DNA from: Ruditapes philippinarum
Taxonomy: Eukaryota
Direction: 5' to 3'
Length of the DNA: 64,000 nucleotides
Assembly: GCF_026571515.1 (NCBI RefSeq)
Contig: NW_026866846.1
Coordinates: forward strand, 124,001-188,000
Shown: piece by piece, positions 23,941 to 36,380 of the stretch
How positions within the stretch are numbered: position 1 is the first letter of the stretch
Layout: each line of letters opens with the position of its first letter
Notes under the pieces: generated by a model
The model's input: the letters and a program-made list of their open reading frames with translations, nothing else
Told to the model about the DNA's origin: nothing
The model's database searches: none
Made by a program: the position numbers and the translations under genes

Positions 23941-26900
23941 TAGTATAATTGTACAATTTGTAGAAAATATCAATTAAATATTTATGTCAAAACGTTCATT
24001 GTATTTCATTATTCCTATAATGGTGCCATATGCATGAAATATGACTTTAATTTACTCTTTGTAAATGACCCCAGTAAATATATTTGAATAGGAAGAAGGT
24101 TAACTTGTTCGTCAAAGATCCAAGACATATACACAGTTTCAAGTGCAAATGATTCAAACAACCATTTACCTTTGTTGATGTTGATGTTGATTTTGACTTT
24201 GTGTTTAATCAAAGAGTACGTATGTATGTAAGGCTTTAAACAATGAAAGAACAACTAATTTAAATAATGGACCATATCAGTCGTCCGGTCCCTAATGAAC
24301 ACTAGGTATTTCAAAGACAGTTTATTTCTGTTAAAGTACATTTTATTACAAATATATAAAATACAAAAAGATGAATATTATATATTTGTTAAACGAATCT
24401 TCGTGTAACACACTCCATGTGACACTATGAACCATTTAATAATGAAAAGTGTTTGCACAGGGGAGGTAGAAACATGATACTTAGTGGTTACACATATTTA
24501 AGACTTTATATAAGCAAATTAAGACAAGTAATACAGCTAACAATTGATTAGACATGTCTCTGGTCATCATACCCAATTTTTTTATTGATTGACAAAAAAC
24601 GAAAGCGAAATAGAAAAGGAGCATAATTCTAAAAGTGCTAAAAGATTTATCTCCCACAAGTGAACCACAAGTTCTAGTTTAAAGTGAAAAACTTAAATGA
24701 CAAAAATTATTGGTAGTAAATCATACTAAGTTATTATATTGTTTATGCCCCCGTAGAGCGGCATATGAAAAGTTTGTCCTTCTGCCCGTGCGTCTCCACT
24801 TACACAACATTCGTGTCCGGACAGTTACTTTGCCATGATTTGAAGGATTTTAAAATAACATAGTACAAATGTTTAACACATCAAGACGACGTGTAGCGTC
24901 TAAGACTCATGTCCCTACCTCAAAGATCAATTTAACACTTACAGCATGTGGAATTTCACATTCTCACAATTAAAGTAAAACGATAAACATTTTAATAACT
25001 TAGCATATATGTCTACCATTTCAAGACGACTTGTCGCGTCCTGTACTGTCTACCTCCACGGTCAAAGTCACACTTATCGATTGAAGATACTCATACTCAT
25101 ACACACAAGAAATGTCTGAAGGTACACTTTCGTTTCCGGACTGTATATTTGTCATCTATTTAAGGATTTGTAAATAACTTGGTCCAAATGTCTTCTCCAT
25201 CCACGTTGCGCTTAAAGCACATGTCACTACCTAAAAGATCAATGTTACACTTAGAAATTGAAAGTACACTTTCTTGTCCGGACTGTAACTTTTCCATGCT
25301 TTGAAGGATTTAAAAAATTACTTAGCATAAATGTTTACGAATACAATTGCAAATATGCACCATATTGAACAAGCCTTAATCCTAATACTGAATATTTTTA
25401 ACGTCATAAGGAATGTACACATGCAGTTGACAGTATTAGCAATGGCGAAATAAAAATTGGCTATCATTACACTGACAATGGCATACAGATTAAAGCAAAT
25501 TATCTCCAACAAAAATATGCTTTAAACAGATACAATTATACCTGCCTAAACAACATAAACAAATTCAGTTCGAATTTAGCTTTGTGTCTAATAAAGATAT
25601 TAAATTAGTCCATTTCAATCAAATTTGAATGGTTACATGAATCCAATGCACGTGTCTAACATTGTATAAGCATTGTATAAGAACGATTTTGATATAAACA
25701 ATGTTGTTTAAATTTAATTTCAATATATTTATGTTTTTTAATGTAACCTTATTTGACCATACACATTGCCCTTAAAATCGATGCCATTTGCTAGTTAAAA
25801 TCAATTTGGAAAACGACTTTATAAGATTTGATTCTGTATGTTCTCGAATAAAATATGTTTAAACTAAAACATTGTAACACAAAACATACAAGTGGTAGAC
25901 ACATGAAAATTAGTCAAAAACATGATTGAGTGAAACCAATTTAAAATGATTCAGTTTTATTTAAAACTCAAAAGTAAAAAATACCCATTTAAGTCATCGA
26001 TTTTTTTCTACGGATCAATTGATACAAAATCACTGGAAGAAACAATAAGGTATGCTATTGATGATTTTCATGCGATGATAACAATCAATAAACCAAAGCA
26101 AGAGCAAAAATAGATTTTGAAACTAAAAAGTGTGAGACTCGAAATAAAAACATACCAAACAACAAAACAAATATTAAAATAAATATATTAAGACAATAAG
26201 AAAACATTGACTTAATCTAAGTTTAATGAAGAATTGGAGCTAGAAAAATGACCATGACCAAAAAAACTACCTTTAATTTCAGAATATATCACTTCAATAT
26301 CTTTATTTTTCCGGTGTCCCATTTTTCTTACGGGTATATGAATTTTGTTGACAGACTGTTCTTATTATTATGAATAAGCCTCATGCTCTCTTTGTTTCTA
26401 AATATATACCAATTTTGTCCTTAATAATGTCATATTAGCAAAACATCTATATTTTGTACAGTTTCTGTTATACCTTTCCATGTTATACATTTAAAAATAA
26501 AATTCAATGATCCCAAACACAAACGTATAATAAAAGGGTTTTTTTTCATTGAAAACAAACACACGACACCAAAGCGACCAAACGATATTTCAAAGTGATA
26601 ATTATAGTGATAGGCTGAATTGACAAAAACACGGACCAAACGACTGTACTATGCGAATTTTGCGGGGAAAAAATCTTTCCATCGCGTCATTTTATTACTC
26701 TATTCTATTTCGCTTAGTCGTATCGGTCTGTGGCTTCGTCATATCGTCCTGTCGCTTTGGCGCATCATTCTATCGCTTCGGTGTATCGTCTCCACTTTTC
26801 ATTTTCAACCCGTCATGTTATGGTATTATAGTGTCGTCGATTTTCCTTGTACGTGTTATATAACCAGATTCCTTTTCCTCTCCAGACGACGTCAGTGAAT

Positions 26901-27649
26901 CAATCTGCATAGTTAGGATATGCATGGGCATTAAAAAGGACGGCGATACATAACGCGAAACACAGCAGCCACAAGAATAGATCAACTTCCGCTTGATAGG
27001 TAACTGATACACAAATTCACCTCCGCCATCACCACGGACCCTCCTTAAGAGAATGTGATATTCATTTCTAATATGTTTTGAGAACAGTGAACAACACTTT
27101 TGAAGCAACGTATATAATGAGGAAGTTAATACTGTTTCAGACTCTGATTGTGCCTGTTTTTGAAGGTAGTGATATTTTGCCATTTACCGTCCTATTTCGC
27201 TAGGAACGGTTTACGAACAATTCAAAATTTAAACATCAAATGACGAAATTATGAACCACCCGCAAATGTGTTTATACAGTAGTTATAATGGAACCTTCAA
27301 TGTGACACGTTTGTGCCAATACATTAGAAGCGGCATATGGTCCCAAATAGCATGTATGCGTGTACCATAATCGAGCAAAAAATAGCAAAACTCAAAACTA
27401 AAATAGAATTTTAAAAGGGAAACAGATGTTATGAAACAGCGGTCAGAAATCTTCAATATTGCTTAAAAAATCCTTTTTTACACCGATTTGAGAGGAGGCC
27501 GATAGAAAATTATTCAGAAGTTTAAATGATTCTTACTTTCCATATTATATAAATGTCAAAAAATAAACTTATTGCGTAACACCAGATAAAATAGCCAAGA
27601 GATGATCAAATTGTAACTGTGCGTGTGCTATACAAGGTTATCTTTTAAA

Positions 27650-28975
27650 AAAGCTAGTAGCGACTCGCTTCGTAATTTTTTTCCAGGGACGCGTTTAAAT
27701 GTAAAAATGATAGTTCTGTTAGCTTAAGAGACTTCAGCGAACATCAAAATACGTAAAAGTGAAATAAAGTTATGGAAGCCAGTTCTCTAAGTTTAACAAA
27801 GAGGAATATGAGTATATATGAAGATGCATGTAAACAGATAGAATGAAGTCCCTATGTCTATGCACATTTACTGTATGGCCTGTTGACTTTGACCAAAAAA
27901 ATCTTAGATAGGTAGAATTCATAAAGATGTCTCTTTATACGAAGTTAAGTTGTAATATGTTATTTAGTATTGGAATGAGTGACAGACACAAGTCCTAAAG
28001 TAAACACAAGTTGTCAGAAAAGCCGGGATTCTATTAAAAAAATATAGGGATTCCGGATTTTGACCAGTCTAAGATGTTTTTCAGATAAGCCGGGATCCTA
28101 TTAAAACATATAGGGATCCTGGGAATTGACCAGTTCAAGAATATAGTTTTCAGAATTAAAATATAAAGAGATCCAAGGAATTGGCCAGTTCAAGAATATA
28201 GTTTTCAGAAAAGCTGGGATCGCATTAAAACATAAATGGATCCCGGGATTTGACCAATTCAAGAATGTAGTCTTTGATTTTTCCAATTAATAGGCATATA
28301 TATTATAAGTAATGGGATTTCCGCATTTTCAGTTTGTTAATAAAAACCTCTAAATATATTACTATCCTAAGTTTGATTTATTTAACGTTCATTACATACA
28401 ATAAAAAAACTTAACGTTTAATGTCCTTTCATTACGATCAACACAAATATAGTTTATTAGTTTTTCCTCTATATCTTATACGATCCCGGATCCCAGCCAG
28501 TCAGAGCCTCCCGGACCCCGGCCAGTAAATATATACACTAAATACCGATAAAGGATAAAATGACCGGAAAAAAAGAAAAAGAAAAAATGTACAGAACCAG
28601 ATGTACACTTATGTTAATTAACCAAACGAAAACTTAATACAGAGAAACAGGTGAGATCGCTAAAAAAAAGTCAGTGTGAATATGATTTTTTTTAAAGAAT
28701 TCATGAAAACAAACATTTTAATCATCATTATATCTTTGCGCTCAAAATAATTCTTGCTGCTTTTTAAAAATGGCGTGAAAATTGAAGGTTTTTTGACGCT
28801 ATGTAAGATTAAATTTGATTGGCTAAATAGTTTTGGATCCTAGCCCTGATAGATAAATTCTGTAGAAAGCTGGAAGCCAAGCTTCGATTAAATTTTTGGA
28901 TGGATTCGGAGTTTTAGGTTGTTTTGCAGTAAAATCCTAACGTAATACCGGCTCGCCTTGGCGAGCCGGCAAAAC
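27650..28975 (+). mobile_element. Helitron/Helentron-like insertion with internal ~68-bp tandem repeats and a 3' GC hairpin
   Basis: Hairpin CCGGCTCGCC-TT-GGCGAGCCGG at 28948-28969 and about four repeats at 28010-28270. Absent from the paralogous region at 21600-21690. Confidence 0.6.
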
Positions 28976-29675
28976 TATGAAAATCCCGGGTGATCGTAAA
29001 TGAGAATGACGTTCCTATTATGTCTACAGAAAGTCATATGTTTCTACAATATAACGATAACTTTTAAGTATGGAAGTAAAAGAAAGAAAATCTATCAAAG
29101 TTAATAAACTAAATATTTTATCTATTGAATTAAAACCTAACTTTCAAGGTATTTCCTCTTCTGTAACGCCATGTCAAGTTAACAAAAAAATAGCGTTTAG
29201 AAAATAATAAAGTGCTATTGTTTTCAATTATTAAATATCATATTAAGGAATTATCTTTGAAATTTCCAGAGTATTGAATAAATGGTGAGACCATGTTTTA
29301 CGTAAAAAAGCAAAGATCATCAAGAAGAAAATAAGGAAATAATCTAAACTATCTATAAAATACATAAGCTTCATCATTCTTTAATATAGATATCATTGTG
29401 AATTGTTTAGGTGATTTTCAACGAGGTCATTCTTTTGGAAAAATCATATGAGGTTACGTTTAATTTAGATACAATTTTCGCAGGCGGAAATCAGCATTTT
29501 TTGTTTCGCGTGGTTTATAAATAATACATTTCATGAATGATTCTCTTACGTAGCTAACCATTTAAGATACGTAATCATATTTTTTATTTTGGTTTCTGTA
29601 TATCAACTTGATGTATTCATATTTTATTCTTAAGATGCTTTTTTATAGTACGTTGGCCGTTTATTACCTTTAAAT

Positions 29676-29796
29676 CATGTTAATGAGTGGTAATTTATTC
29701 GTTAAGATTATAATTATGCGTAAAAACACGATTTCAACCTAATTAAACCGATACATCTTATAAAAGTTGTATAAACAGTATACATATATAAAGCTG
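29676..29796 (+). promoter_or_regulatory. Proximal promoter of gene 3
   Basis: CATGTTAATGAGTGGTAATTTATTCGTT followed by TATATAAAGCTG. Confidence 0.65.
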
Positions 29797-29866
29797 TATT
29801 GTGAAACGTTCAACATTAAGCATTTTTCCTTACTACAGTAAATATTATACATTTTAAAAATAAAAA

Positions 29867-32800
29867 ATGGAAGAAACTTTTAGCATATATTTTTTCCGAG
29901 CTATGGTAAGTATTAATTTTTACTTTTTGTGAATAGATTGATAATATAAATGTTAATAAATTTTACGACATTTTGAAAATGATTTTAGTAGTAAACAATA
30001 TGTAATATAATGACAAATTGCTGCAACGAATTTTTTTTATTTAATTTACTTAAACAATCATATAATATCACCCTAATTAAAAAAAAAATGTTTATTACAA
30101 TTTGTCAGTATTCAACAATTTGATTTTATTTCCACTAAGCATCTTTTTTTTCTTTATTCATTTATTTAACAATCATTGATAAATGTAATACAAAATATAT
30201 CAACTTTGTTCACGATGCGTAATCGTTTCTGGCTGACGCTGATTTGGAATACTTCCCTGTTCCTGAACTGATTTTCTCAAAATATAGTGCTTTTTGTAAA
30301 ATGTTTTGTTCAGTTATGAATTTTAGGATGTACTTTTATGACAACCTCGTAAGTTGTAGGCTTACGTAATACAAATTCATTACCGGACAAATCATTTTAC
30401 TTAAACCATTTAATTATTGCGGATTGAATTTTTCTATAATATGATCATGAAATACCTGAAAAAATAAAGATAATAATGACTTTTTGGCAATTTTATACTA
30501 GTGTTTACTACAACTTCACTGGCATGTGAAATTTGTTTTTCGATTCCAACTGATAAAAGACCGTTAACCCATTACTTCATGAGCATTTTGTGAAAAATGG
30601 CTGTTTTCATTGAAAAGTCTCCCGTTACAAGTTCAAACTGCTATAATACTATAAAAACTGCTTCAACACTAATCAAACTTGGCACAAATGTTGACTGGAC
30701 CATTGCCCTTGCAACAACATGCTCAGGCTTAAATTTTCTGTAACCATGGCAACGAGGGGACATCTCAAAATTGCCAAAAATCACTATTTTGCGTTGATTT
30801 TTTCCATCAAAATTGATTTCAAAGTGCTGCAACTTCTCAATGGATTGAGATAGAGTCAAATGCTTTTCAGCGTTGGTTACACGTTACCTTATGATCAATC
30901 TGGGGTCATTTACAGCCTCTCACAAGTCCAAAATTTTCTTGGCGATGAGGGGGACTCCGCCCCCCTTCAAACCCCCCAAACAGAAGGGGGCACATCCCCC
31001 TTCTGGCAACCCCCTGATGTATCTTTTGGTTGGGGGGCCGCGCCGAAAAAGAGGTCACTTTTTTAACAACATTTCTCAAACAAAAACAAGTGTTTGGGGC
31101 CTAAATAAGGCATTTTTTCATCATTTGAGACAACAAAAAGGGGGGGGGGGGTGAAAAAGGCGTTAAAAGGCGTGTATATGAAGTAATGGGTTAACAAACC
31201 TTATAAAGTTACATATTATTGCCTTAAACATTGCAATGTTCCGTGCAAGTAGAATATTCAAAGACTTATAGTCAAGCTCAAAATCTAATTTATCTCTGTC
31301 AATCCGGTGAAAAAATCCAAATCAGTTCAGGAACGGGGAAGTTTTCCAAATCAGCCCGAAACGATTACGCACCGTGTTGTTCATATAAATCAATAAGAAC
31401 ATTTATCAACAACTTATTAAATAAGTAAAAATTTAAATCATAAAATGGGCATCCACATTTAATAAAAAAATATTTGCAAGTCATATTTTGCTGTTTAATT
31501 CTACTATCGAGAAAATGTTTTAAATATTCAACTCTCTTTTTTTCAGATTGTACTCGGAATCTTTGCATTAACAAATGGACAATTCGGTAGGTGATATATT
31601 CAAGATATATCTAGTAAAATTCTTTTAAAATTCAAATTAAAATGAATATGATCTTTCTTTACAGCAGATTTATATTAGTTCAAAACAAAGATTTTGTCCT
31701 CCTCCATTAAACACACAACTTTGCAAAAAGCATCGAACCATAACCAAATACAAACTTGACCTGCGCATTTCTATCACATATCCATATGTCCAAAATGAGT
31801 TGGATGTGTACATGGGAAGATACTGAACGGAAACTGAACATTTTTCAAAGTTCAAGAGGTCAAAAATCATCGAACCATGGCCAAATATTAACTTGACCTG
31901 CGCATTCCTATGACATATCCATATAATAGATTGAAGTTGAATGTATACAACTGTTGGGGAGATAATTAACTTAAAATTTCTTATTTTTTCAAAGTAAAAG
32001 GGGCATAACTCTGCCAAAAATCATCAAACCATGACAAAATTCGAACGTTATCTGCGCATTTATTTGACGTATCAATATGTTAAAAAAAATGTCAGTTAAA
32101 TGTGTACAAAGTTTGGAGAGAAACTGAAAGGAAACTGAAAATTTCTGATTCTTTGCAAAGAAAAGGGGCATAACTCTGCAAAAAAACATCAAGTTCTGAC
32201 CAAATTCAAACTTGACCTGCACATTCCTTTTACGTATTCATATATCATACTTGAGTTGAATATGCATAACTGTTAAAGAGATAATGAACGCAAACTGAGA
32301 ATGTCTCTAAGGGGCATATCTCTGTTAAAAATCAAAGGACCATGACCAAATTCGAACTTGACCTGCATTTTGTTATGATATATAGATATGTCAAATTTGA
32401 GTTAAATGAGTATAATTTCTGCTAAGATAATGAACGGAAACTTATGATACGGAATGACGGTATGACGGAACTACCATAACATGGTTGGGGCATAAATATT
32501 CATATTAATCTTACAATTGGTCTAAGTTATACGCTTTTTTTGAGTAGAGCTGTGTCTCATAACTAAACCTTGCATTTCAGGGGGATATGGGAGAAGACGA
32601 ATCATACCGAGAAGAATGTACCCAAGATATCCTATGGGTGGTGGTATGATTGACCCATATTCTAGAGGATCTATTATAGGCGATCCTTACGTTGATCCAT
32701 ACATTGGGACTGATACACTTGGAGGTGGAATCTATCCTGGAGGAGGTATAGGCGTTATTGGAGGTCGACGACGCCCAGTTGTCGTTGATGACAGTTCAAG

Positions 32801-33619
32801 AAGAAATGCTCAGGATATAAATGTGTCAAACAATAATGTTAATCGAGAAGTTCGTACAGATTCAAATAACGTCGTTGTAAATCAAGGTAGGTGCCCGCAT
32901 TCTTTATGGTGTCCGTGTTATAACGCTTATTTTACCAATATTATCATTCTTATTATAAAGGTTGCAATGATGTAAAAATAAAGAGTCATCAGTCAGTTTT
33001 AATCATCAGAAGTATGTTTTATTTAATCAAGTCATTTATTTACTTTAAAGCAAATCAGATGTGTAAAATTTAGTATATAATAAACTCATTAAAATATTGG
33101 ATTGAAAAGTTTGGTACAAAAGAGCTATTGAAACATCATTTGCATGACTGGTATAAAACATTTCAGAAATTCTAACAACATTGAAAAAACCATTTCAATA
33201 ATTATTTCGGAACTTTGTTTTGAATCACAGACAGCATATATCAGTTCCTATCATCTATTTCCTACGTAATAATTACTGGTAGCCAACACGATAACTACTT
33301 ATGATTTTAAGATTCAGCATCACTCGAGTTCTAATAAACAATTCCTTTGTATTTTTTTCCAGTTACAAACACTAGGACTTGTGAGTGTCAAACTGGTCAT
33401 ATAATGGGAGGACAATGTGGTCCATATCAACAATGTGTGTCAGACAGTTCATGTAGTGGCGGAGGAGGAAACGGAGTATGTCGAGACACTGGTATGGGCG
33501 GTGGTTTTATGGATGGTCCATTTGTGGGTGGTCCCGTCGTTGGCGGTCCCATCATGGGAGGCCCTGGTGGTTTTGTTGATGGACATGGTCATGGTCATGG
33601 TGGAATGAGGATTGTTTAA
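29867..33619 (+). CDS. Cluster gene 3 (213 aa, 4 exons)
   Basis: Exons 29867-29905, 31547-31586, 32581-32886 and 33363-33619, GT-AG, phases 0,1,1, 642 nt open. Starts MEETFSIYFFRAMIVLGIFALTNG|QFGGYGRRR and ends GHGHGHGGMRIV. Introns 1 and 2 are expanded by transposons. AATAAA at ~33643. Confidence 0.9.
30211..31376. mobile_element. Non-autonomous Transib/RAG-like-type DNA transposon in intron 1 of gene 3
   Basis: About 60-bp TIRs start CACGATGCGTAATCGTTTC (left) and CACGGTGCGTAATCGTTTC (right, reverse complement). 5-bp TSD TTGTT at 30206-30210 and 31377-31381. Confidence 0.8.
30568..31190. mobile_element. piggyBac-type non-autonomous element nested in the Transib-like element
   Basis: TTAA|CCCATTACTTCAT ... 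ATGAAGTAATGGG|TTAA: perfect 13-bp TIR, CCC terminus and TTAA TSD. Confidence 0.85.
31685..32495 (+). mobile_element. Helitron/Helentron-like non-autonomous element with internal ~160-bp tandem units (intron 2 of gene 3)
   Basis: About five degenerate units of GGGGCATAACTCTG...ACCATGACCAAATTCGAACTTGACCTGC, ending GGGGCATAAA. Absent from intron 2 of gene 2. Boundaries are approximate. Confidence 0.6.
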
Positions 33620-33899
33620 CTGTATCAAATGTATATAACTTCAATAAATTATTTTTAATAAAACAGTTTAAATTATTTATTTGTTATTGTTTTCACTCTT
33701 TTAAGCAAATAACAAAATAGTTTTGTTAGTAAACATACGTTTATGCAAATTAGACGTAATTAAAATTACTGAATATGAATACACATCCGGTTGAAATGGA
33801 TATAATCACTTAGGTTTTTGCTGGTTTTTTTATTTGTTCTTCTTTTAACAAATTAAGTTTTGTAAATTCTGGGAAGCGACAGTTGTCAAGAAAACAAAA

Positions 33900-34405
33900 C
33901 AATTCGTATTTAGTTCTTTCTATTCGGCTATTTTCTTGTTGGGTGGTTCCAGTATTCCTCACTTGAATACTGTTGAATCACCCTTAGGATATGTGGCCTG
34001 CTTTTTAAATTTGTCTTTTGACGTCTTATCTGTGATATGCAGGCTTCATAACCTCTGATCCCCTTTCGAAATTCCAGTTTATTTAGTTCCGCCCATTGCT
34101 TTCTCGTTTAGGGTACACGCATTTCTTTACTTGGGGACCATATGCCGGTTTTCATGAATGGCACTTACGTGTCACATTGAAGGTTCCATGATAACTGTGA
34201 TATGAACACATCTGCGGTTGTTTCAAAATTCAAAATTGTACCAGTTCATTTTAATGTTGAATTCTGCCTAAGCCGGTGCTAGGGGGTGTGGACGTTAGTT
34301 CGCACTTGACAGTACCGTCCATGAACAGGCTCAATCAAACCGAGCCTGCAACATTTTCAGTTTTGCCGTGTTGGGCTTTCTTTAGGGATTCTTATTTTCT
34401 CTAGT
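33900..34405 (-). repeat. Longest copy of a dispersed hairpin-rich repeat family
   Basis: Shares CCCCTAGCACCGGCTT and GCAGGCTCGGTTTGATTGAGCCTG cores with copies near 320-720, 930-1075, 10500-10890, 20880-21490, 27190-27440, 41750-41980, 47320-47450 and 60640-60810. Confidence 0.85.
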
Positions 34406-34774
34406 TTAAGTGAAAGGAAAATAAATATGTAAGAAAATAATACATTATTAGAACACTCTGACTTTAATCTTTTTTAAATACTATTCTTTTTTCTCGTTGA
34501 ATCCTAGGAAAATATTTGCTGTGTAGAATTATCTAAACCTTTGCACAATGACTTAAAATGAAATAATATTTTAAATAAAATAATGTATAATTATGCTTTA
34601 ATTTGTTTTTCTATTTTTCGAATGACTTAAAGAGCAAAGACATTAACTTTCTTTAGTAGATATCTCGAAAGGTGATGAAAGTGACTTTCTATAAATGTGT
34701 TCCAATTATGATTCTTTTGTTATGCAAAGTATATGAAGACACCACGTACTAGGTTGACAATAGGTCGGTAACAT

Positions 34775-34995
34775 TACACACTTTTCACCGCGGTAGGTTC
34801 GAATCCCGTCGAGGGCTTTAGAATCTTTCATATGAGGAAGCCTCCAGCTAGCTTTTAAAATGGAACGTCGGTGGTTCTACTCAGGAGCCCGTTCGTGCAT
34901 GTAGTAATGCACGGAAGGCCACTTGAGCTATACTTCCACAATTCAAGTTTGAAATTCGCCATATGACCTATACTTTATTTGCGCGACGTAAACTT
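34775..34995 (+). mobile_element. tRNA-derived SINE (5'-degenerate)
   Basis: B-box GGTTCGAATCC at 34796, body TGAGGAAGC...TTCTACTC, tail GCCATATGACCTATA...CGACGTAAA. A second copy lies at 50905. Confidence 0.75.
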
Positions 34996-35258
34996 CAGCA
35001 AATTAGGTAACAGTTTCGAGCTTTAAATTTGTCAATGTAAAAATACCGCTAATGTGCATCGTGCACTGAGGCATTACTCTTTATATATCAAACAATCAAA
35101 TATGAAAAAACAATGTCATAATTGTGAATTGGTACCGACCTTCTGTGAACACTATAGTGTTGCACTCACCAAAAGTTACTTTATATCTTAGTTTTCAGCA
35201 TACCTAAGAGCCTCATCTTATTTAAGGTTTATGACATGCACAATATACAAATTTATCA

Positions 35259-35396
35259 CACTGATACTCCTGAAGGTGGGGTCTATCTTTATCCTCCAGG
35301 AAGTATGTGTATTATTGGAGGCCCAGTTGTAAAACATGACAATTTTAGAAGAAATGTAATGACATAATGTAACAAACAATAACGTTTATTGAGAAA
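35259..35396 (+). pseudogene. Degenerate remnant of exon 3 of the cluster gene family
   Basis: actgatactcctgaaggtggggtctat...tattggaggcccagttgt...agaagaaatg...aacaataacgtttattgagaa aligns by eye to gene 3 exon 3 (32709-32849) with indels and no intact frame. Confidence 0.75.
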
Positions 35397-35899
35397 TCCT
35401 AAATCATTAGTGTCGCTTCTTTAGAAACAAGCTTTACTTTTGACAACTAAGAATTAAGTATTGAGGAAAAAACGTACAAAGATTTGCATATCAGACTGTT
35501 TTTTGATGTTGTTTTTTTTGTTCGTTTTACCCATGCCGAAAAGTGTATCTTCCAAAGAGATGTCAGATGTGTCGCTTGCTATAAATTACGTCATGTTTAA
35601 GTATGAATGAACCAAGTTAAGATGCCGCCATTTCGCTGTATACCTTATTGTGAGAAAATAGGAAAATAGTTAAGAATGAAATGACATCAATTTTTATTGA
35701 AAAATTGTTTTATTGTGAAAAGCATTTTTAATAAGATAGAATATGGTTAAATATGCAAAAAAAAAAGACAGTACATGGAATATCTGTCCCCCGGGACGAA
35801 CTGCAACATATGACAGATATTAAAAGTGTAAGCCATCAACGTTAATGATAGGTCTATGTTACTAAGTATAATGTCAATACTAGCTGATTTTCGTACAGT

Positions 35900-36380
35900 C
35901 TGACCCGTGTACCGTGTTCACTAAGAAAAATCTGGATCAGGATCCAAATGATCCTGATGTTATGTTCATTTCTGTATGAAACTGAAATTTATCTTTTTTT
36001 AGGTCGAGAGTGACACTATACACATCCAAGTGTTATTGGTGAGTGCACAGATAAAAGTCAAAATGACTTTAATTTTGCAATTTAGACTAACTCCGGAATT
36101 AAGAATTCATGTATTTAGGGAAGCGAAGCTATAAAGGTAAAAGTTAGTTTGCTGGGAAAACCTCCGGAAAACGTCTATTATGTTTAATTTAATATTTTAC
36201 TATGCAAATATTATCAATTATCCATTACTATTTTGATCAACTGTGAAAGTCCATGATTTGTTATATTATTAAATAGTAAATCAAGTAGAATTAATAACGG
36301 GGAATTTTTGTGATTTGTATTTTGATCCTGATCGTGATCCAAATCTTTTTGTACATGTATCATAGTGAACACGGGACCAG
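35900..36380. mobile_element. Degenerate MITE
   Basis: Inverted termini CCGTGTTCACTA (35912) and TAGTGAACACGG (36363) with GATC-rich subterminal repeats. Confidence 0.6.

Noticed and set aside
34790-34815. tRNA gene suggested by GGTTCGAATCC
   Set aside because: No cloverleaf; it continues into a SINE body that is repeated at 50905.
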